Shown piece by piece: positions 59,992-64,000 of a stretch of DNA of 64,000 nucleotides (its first letter is position 1; each line of letters starts with the position of its first letter). The translations under genes and the position numbers were made by a program. Source of the stretch: Sedimentisphaerales bacterium (GTDB lineage: Bacteria; Planctomycetota; Phycisphaerae; Sedimentisphaerales; Anaerobacaceae); NCBI GenBank assembly GCA_040772485.1, contig JAXGYC010000007.1:96001-160000 (forward strand), written 5' to 3'. The notes under the pieces are model-generated. The model did no database searches, was not told where the DNA came from, and saw nothing but the letters and a program-made list of their open reading frames with translations.

Positions 59992-60906
59992 TCATTCACA
60001 TTCCTCCGAGAGCTTCAGGAGTTCCATCAATAACTGCTCCGCCAGATGGCGTCGGCCCTGTGCGTTGAGATGCCCCCCGTCATCCGTGTACATGCGTGCG
60101 AGAATGGGAACCTCCTGGCCCTCCGAGATACTGTAGTATCTCTGGCCCTCCGGCCCCAGCGTTTCGTACAGGGCCAGATCGAACAGAGGCTCTGTTCCCG
60201 CGAAACGCTCCCGCAAGAGCGCATTGTATCGTGCGCGTACGCGATTCTCTGCCAGGACAGGCGGCCTGCCGATCAGTCGCTTGATGCTCGCCTTCAATAT
60301 CCCCTTGGCGCTGCCGGGGGGACCTCCCAATGGAACCGTGACGTGCACAAATACGGTCTTGGGATAGCGCTGCTTCAACCTCTCCATCGTCTCACTATAC
60401 GCCGCCACGATTGCGTCCGGATCGGAATGAATTCCGATGTCCACAAAACATAACTTGAAGAAGGCAATGTCCACTTTCTCGCCCAGGCCGCTATCCATCA
60501 GACGTTCAAATTCGTCGATCTTCGACATCGGGTCGAAGTTCCGTCCCACCGGCGCGTGGGCCAGGATCGCCTCGTTGATCTGGCCCGCATCCTCCGTATT
60601 CACAATCCGTAGATGCAAAGAAGGGTGCGTCGCCATGACATCGCCAATTCCGTTGAGGATGTTACGCCCGACAGAATGGTGGCCAAAGAAGAGCTTCTTG
60701 CGGTTCAGACGCTGCCAAGCGTCCGGCGGAATGTCCGACATGCGCGCCGGCACGTACGAACCGGCCTTTTCATAGCTGCGGATTGACGTCATCCAGATAT
60801 AGAGACCGCCTCCGATCAGGAGAGCGATCACCACAAGAACTACTACCTGCATCCATTTCACCTCTAATCGAACACGGTCCATATTACACATCGTCCCCTG
60901 CGACAC
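59992..60906 (-). CDS. Membrane-anchored SGNH-like protein
   Basis: TM segment; FFGHHSVG; DGGHLN; start uncertain. Confidence 0.75.
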   Translation of the reverse strand: MSQGTMCNMDRVRLEVKWMQVVVLVVIALLIGGGLYIWMTSIRSYEKAGSYVPARMSDIPPDAWQRLNRKKLFFGHHSVGRNILNGIGDVMATHPSLHLRIVNTEDAGQINEAILAHAPVGRNFDPMSKIDEFERLMDSGLGEKVDIAFFKLCFVDIGIHSDPDAIVAAYSETMERLKQRYPKTVFVHVTVPLGGPPGSAKGILKASIKRLIGRPPVLAENRVRARYNALLRERFAGTEPLFDLALYETLGPEGQRYYSISEGQEVPILARMYTDDGGHLNAQGRRHLAEQLLMELLKLSEECE

Positions 60907-60935
60907 ACCTCGCCAGGATCGTCCTCGTCAGAGCG

Positions 60936-61352
60936 TCACGCCTCTTCCAGATTTCTTACCACACGTGCCGGATTTCCCATGACCAGCACGTTCGGAGGGA
61001 CATCTCTGGCCACCACCGCCCCTGCTCCGACGACAGAGTTCCTGCCGACTCGGACACCCGGCAGCACGACGGCATTCACAAAGACCCGGACGTTGTCCTC
61101 CAATGCGGTTTCCTGCCCCTCCTTGATGGGCTCTTGGCCCGTGTGTCCCAGGACATAGCTGCCACTGGCAATACTCACGTTGTCCCCAATAGTGACCTTG
61201 CCTCGTCGCACGTCCAGGTGCGCGCAGGAACTAACGTAGCAGTTCTTGCCTATGGATACCCCCATGAGACGATAGTACGCCACCCTGCTTCGCGATACGA
61301 TCCTGACCAACAGCGTTCTGATCTCTCGTGCCAGCATACCGCTAAACTCCAA
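60936..61352 (-). CDS. Hexapeptide-repeat (LbH) acyltransferase
   Basis: VVLPGVRVGRNSVVGAGAVVARDVP...GNPAR. Confidence 0.88.
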   Translation of the reverse strand: MEFSGMLAREIRTLLVRIVSRSRVAYYRLMGVSIGKNCYVSSCAHLDVRRGKVTIGDNVSIASGSYVLGHTGQEPIKEGQETALEDNVRVFVNAVVLPGVRVGRNSVVGAGAVVARDVPPNVLVMGNPARVVRNLEEA

Positions 61353-61375
61353 GCACCGTTGCCAATGCAGTGTTT

Positions 61376-62338
61376 CTACACTATAGGGGATGTTTTGTGG
61401 ACGGTGGCACAGGCTCGCGACGCATCGTCACACGGGTCTGCACTACATCCAAGGCTCTCGGCTGCGGCCCGCAGCGCGCCGCTTACCTGCGGGGGGCCGT
61501 CCATACGAGGCGTCTGGCCGAGTACGGGCACGACGGGGCCAAGCAAGCCGCCCGGCTCACCATCCGCCCCAGCGGTCTTGCGCAAGACTTGAGACCTTTT
61601 CCTTTGTCTTAGAACACTCACGGCGAACCGCAACAATGCGATCTGCCGTCTCCATCGCGAGGGCTCTCGGGCGAGTCGATACAGCCACTCGGTGCCCGTC
61701 CTCTGGAAGATCTCGGGGGCGCGCTTGACGTGACCGCTAAGGACATCGAAGCTGCCGCCAACCCCCATGCAGAACGGCACGAGCAATTGCGCGCGATGCC
61801 GGGCGATCCAGCGCTCCTGCTTCGGCGATCCCAAGGCGATGAACAGCATATCCGCTTTCGACGCATTGATCCGTTCTACAATCGACTCACAGTCGCGATC
61901 GTCACAATATCCGTCTCGATAGCCCACGCAGCGAAGCCGGGGGTGCCTCTCCCGCAGCTTCTCTTGCGCCCGCCGGATGGTCTCCGGGCGAGCCCCAAAG
62001 AGAAACACTCCAAGATCCTCCTCTTCCGCCAGTTGAAGCATCCGAAGGAACAAATCGACGCCGGTGACACGAGGGATTTTCAAACCCCACAGGATCCGCA
62101 CGGCGGCCGCGGTTCCGGCACCGTCGCAGATATGGAAGGTCGCCTTTTTCACAATGTCTTCAAAGCCGGCGTCCTCATGAGCGAAACACACCTTCTCAGG
62201 ATTGATGGCGACGCAGTACGTCTTCTCCCTGTTTCGGATCGTGTGCAGAATGTGTGCGGCCGCGTGTGCCGGCGACGTGAAGCACGTGATGGGAACATCC
62301 AGGACCGTGCGTTCGATGGGCGATTCCATCATCACCAT
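61376..62338 (-). CDS. WecB/TagA/CpsF family glycosyltransferase
   Basis: AINPEK, ALGSPKQE and GVGGSFD motifs; AAGGAGG RBS. Confidence 0.9.
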   Translation of the reverse strand: MVMMESPIERTVLDVPITCFTSPAHAAAHILHTIRNREKTYCVAINPEKVCFAHEDAGFEDIVKKATFHICDGAGTAAAVRILWGLKIPRVTGVDLFLRMLQLAEEEDLGVFLFGARPETIRRAQEKLRERHPRLRCVGYRDGYCDDRDCESIVERINASKADMLFIALGSPKQERWIARHRAQLLVPFCMGVGGSFDVLSGHVKRAPEIFQRTGTEWLYRLAREPSRWRRQIALLRFAVSVLRQRKRSQVLRKTAGADGEPGGLLGPVVPVLGQTPRMDGPPQVSGALRAAAESLGCSADPCDDASRACATVHKTSPIV

Positions 62339-63500
62339 AGGACCTCCTTTCCGATTGCCAGTACGCATACTCGGTTAGCGCGTGAAGCCCCCACGCCTGC
62401 GACCACCTCATGTACGGAATGCGGTTGGCGAAGAACCTGCCTCGGCGGAAGTAGAAAAAGCCCTTCCCGCTATACAGGTGCTCCAGCATCCACCGGAGAA
62501 TGCGATTCGTCAGTTCGTGGTACCGCGTTCCCTCGCGCGCGAAGAAACAGATCGCCTGCGCCGGCGCATGGATGTCGATAGGGTATACCCGATCGTGGTA
62601 GTACTTCGGCGTGCCGTCTTCCAGGAAGAAATTGTTGGCGTAGTATTCCACGCCCCTCGAATACGCCGCCCGGTGTTGCGGCGCCAGTCCGGTGTCGAGA
62701 ATGTAGCGGATCGCCTGAAGATTGAAACCCGTGTGAAATGAATCCACCCATTTCTGGATGGCCGTATCTGCGTAGAACCACGAGCCATCCTCCCGCTGAT
62801 GCCGCATGGAGTACTCCATGCTGGCGAGACTTGCAGCAGCCAACCGATCATCGTCACAGTAGCGCCCCAGGCGGGCGAGAATCGAAGCACCCAGCAGGTT
62901 CGCATTGTGTACCGTTTCCGTATCTACCGGCGTATAGCTGAAACAGAATGTCCCATCGAGTCTGGTTCTGTGGAGATCGTTAAGAATGAACTCCTTGATC
63001 GGGATCGCCATCTCCAGCGCACGTGGCTCACCTGTGAGCTCGTGGCAATCCAGCAAGGCATGACCGATTAAAGACGTGTTGACAATGGTCGGTGTCCCCT
63101 TCGGCCGCAGGTACGTCGAAGACTGCCAATCGAAATTGTAGCCCCAGCCATAGCCTGAGCAGCCCGTGCTTCGAAGTCGCCCGAGAAGATCGATCAGATA
63201 GCCGATCCTCTCCAGGTATCGTTTGTCTCGTTCGAGAGCATACAGTCGGGAATACCCCCAGAGAAACAGCCCGATCGCCTTGGCGTTGTGACCCGGATGG
63301 ATTCCCAGCACGGGTCGGAGGTTCAAGGGGCATCGCCTCAGGAGCTGCGTCGCGGCCATGCGCATCGCTTTGCTGGGTGAACAGGCCCACCGCAGCAAGG
63401 ATCCGTTCATCGCGTCATATGGATCGTACCCGCCATAGTCAGCCGATTCGATGTACGCGAGCATTTGTTCGACGCATTGGCGAAGTGTTTCCTGGACCAT
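62196..63500 (-). CDS. YDPYD-family (alpha/alpha)-barrel-like protein, paralog of 20004..21203
   Basis: Same motifs (GYDPYD, WGYNFDWQS, DSFHTGF, YMRWSQAW). Confidence 0.8.
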   Translation of the reverse strand: MVQETLRQCVEQMLAYIESADYGGYDPYDAMNGSLLRWACSPSKAMRMAATQLLRRCPLNLRPVLGIHPGHNAKAIGLFLWGYSRLYALERDKRYLERIGYLIDLLGRLRSTGCSGYGWGYNFDWQSSTYLRPKGTPTIVNTSLIGHALLDCHELTGEPRALEMAIPIKEFILNDLHRTRLDGTFCFSYTPVDTETVHNANLLGASILARLGRYCDDDRLAAASLASMEYSMRHQREDGSWFYADTAIQKWVDSFHTGFNLQAIRYILDTGLAPQHRAAYSRGVEYYANNFFLEDGTPKYYHDRVYPIDIHAPAQAICFFAREGTRYHELTNRILRWMLEHLYSGKGFFYFRRGRFFANRIPYMRWSQAWGLHALTEYAYWQSERRSYGDDGIAHRTHGPGCSHHVLHVAGTRGRTHSAHDPKQGEDVLRRHQS

Positions 63501-63506
63501 CTGCGT

Positions 63507-64000
63507 TTAGACCGAGACAACCTCTCGTATCTGAAGAGACTTAACCGTCGCAAACATGGTGCGCGTCACCCCAAAGATCTCCGCCGGGGCAATAATAGGC
63601 GGCCCCCCCTGCTTGATGCGCTCAATGAATGTCTGGACCATCCTTGCCTGACCTTTGTCCTGGGAAAAAGACTTCTCACGATACGGTTTGCCCACGGAGT
63701 AAATCTCCAGTTCTCTGAAGTCTCTAATGACGCCTGTGAGCCCGGCGCCGTAAACCTCAATATACTCCTTCCCCAACTCCTTCGAGCCGTTGGCAAAATA
63801 GCATATGCTGCCAACTGAGCCATTAGAAAACTCCAGGTTGATAACGGCCGTATCGTTCAAACCACCAGGGTCGGGCAAGGCCACGGCGTGCACACGCACG
63901 GGCAGCGCGCTACAGAGCCACGTGAGAAAATCCACAAAATGGCATACTTCACCAATGATTCGACCCCCTCCTCGTTGTCTGTCTTGAATCCAACTGTCAT
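63507..64000 (-). CDS. Gfo/Idh/MocA oxidoreductase C-terminus (5' end outside window)
   Basis: GGRIIGEVCHFVDFL, GSVGSICY and KEYIEVY motifs. Confidence 0.8.
   Translation of the reverse strand, partial: DSWIQDRQRGGGRIIGEVCHFVDFLTWLCSALPVRVHAVALPDPGGLNDTAVINLEFSNGSVGSICYFANGSKELGKEYIEVYGAGLTGVIRDFRELEIYSVGKPYREKSFSQDKGQARMVQTFIERIKQGGPPIIAPAEIFGVTRTMFATVKSLQIREVVSV

Noticed and set aside
1..64000. CRISPR array, tRNA/rRNA, transposase, integrase or DGR
   Set aside because: No regularly spaced repeat-spacer array, RNA gene, recombinase or reverse transcriptase was recognised by eye.

Overview
GC-rich bacterial chromosomal window, inferred to be from a Planctomycetota (Phycisphaerae/Sedimentisphaerales-like) genome on the basis of VP[VL]PGAVLLG sorting tags and a dockerin-like tail. 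It is dominated by a ~55 kb exopolysaccharide and surface-protein locus on the minus strand, split by recQ into two blocks. Block 1 (47.4 to 9.6 kb) holds a WecB/TagA transferase, Wzc, Wzy/O-antigen ligase, sulfotransferase, methyltransferase, flippase, glycosyltransferases, AsnB, DUF362, a CapK-like ligase, a disrupted giant surface protein, a deacetylase, EpsI, exosortase, four PEP-CTERM-type proteins and a 1.5 kaa TPR protein. Block 2 (>64 to 50.2 kb) holds an oxidoreductase, WecB, acyltransferase, SGNH-like proteins, an ACP / AsnB / AMP-ligase / NadE module, WecA and a Cys-repeat secreted protein. The left end has an AbiE type IV toxin-antitoxin pair with operator palindromes and a collapsed relic of an NRPS-like cluster. 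The best candidate for a new system is the small ORF 16816..17376. It has a signal peptide, an internal PEP-CTERM-like membrane segment and a C-terminal RAPP ribosome-arrest motif. Its coding mRNA can pair with the Shine-Dalgarno of the next PEP-CTERM gene, which suggests a SecM/ApdP-like attenuator monitoring export or sorting of exosortase substrates. All calls were made by eye from the sequence; no searches were run.
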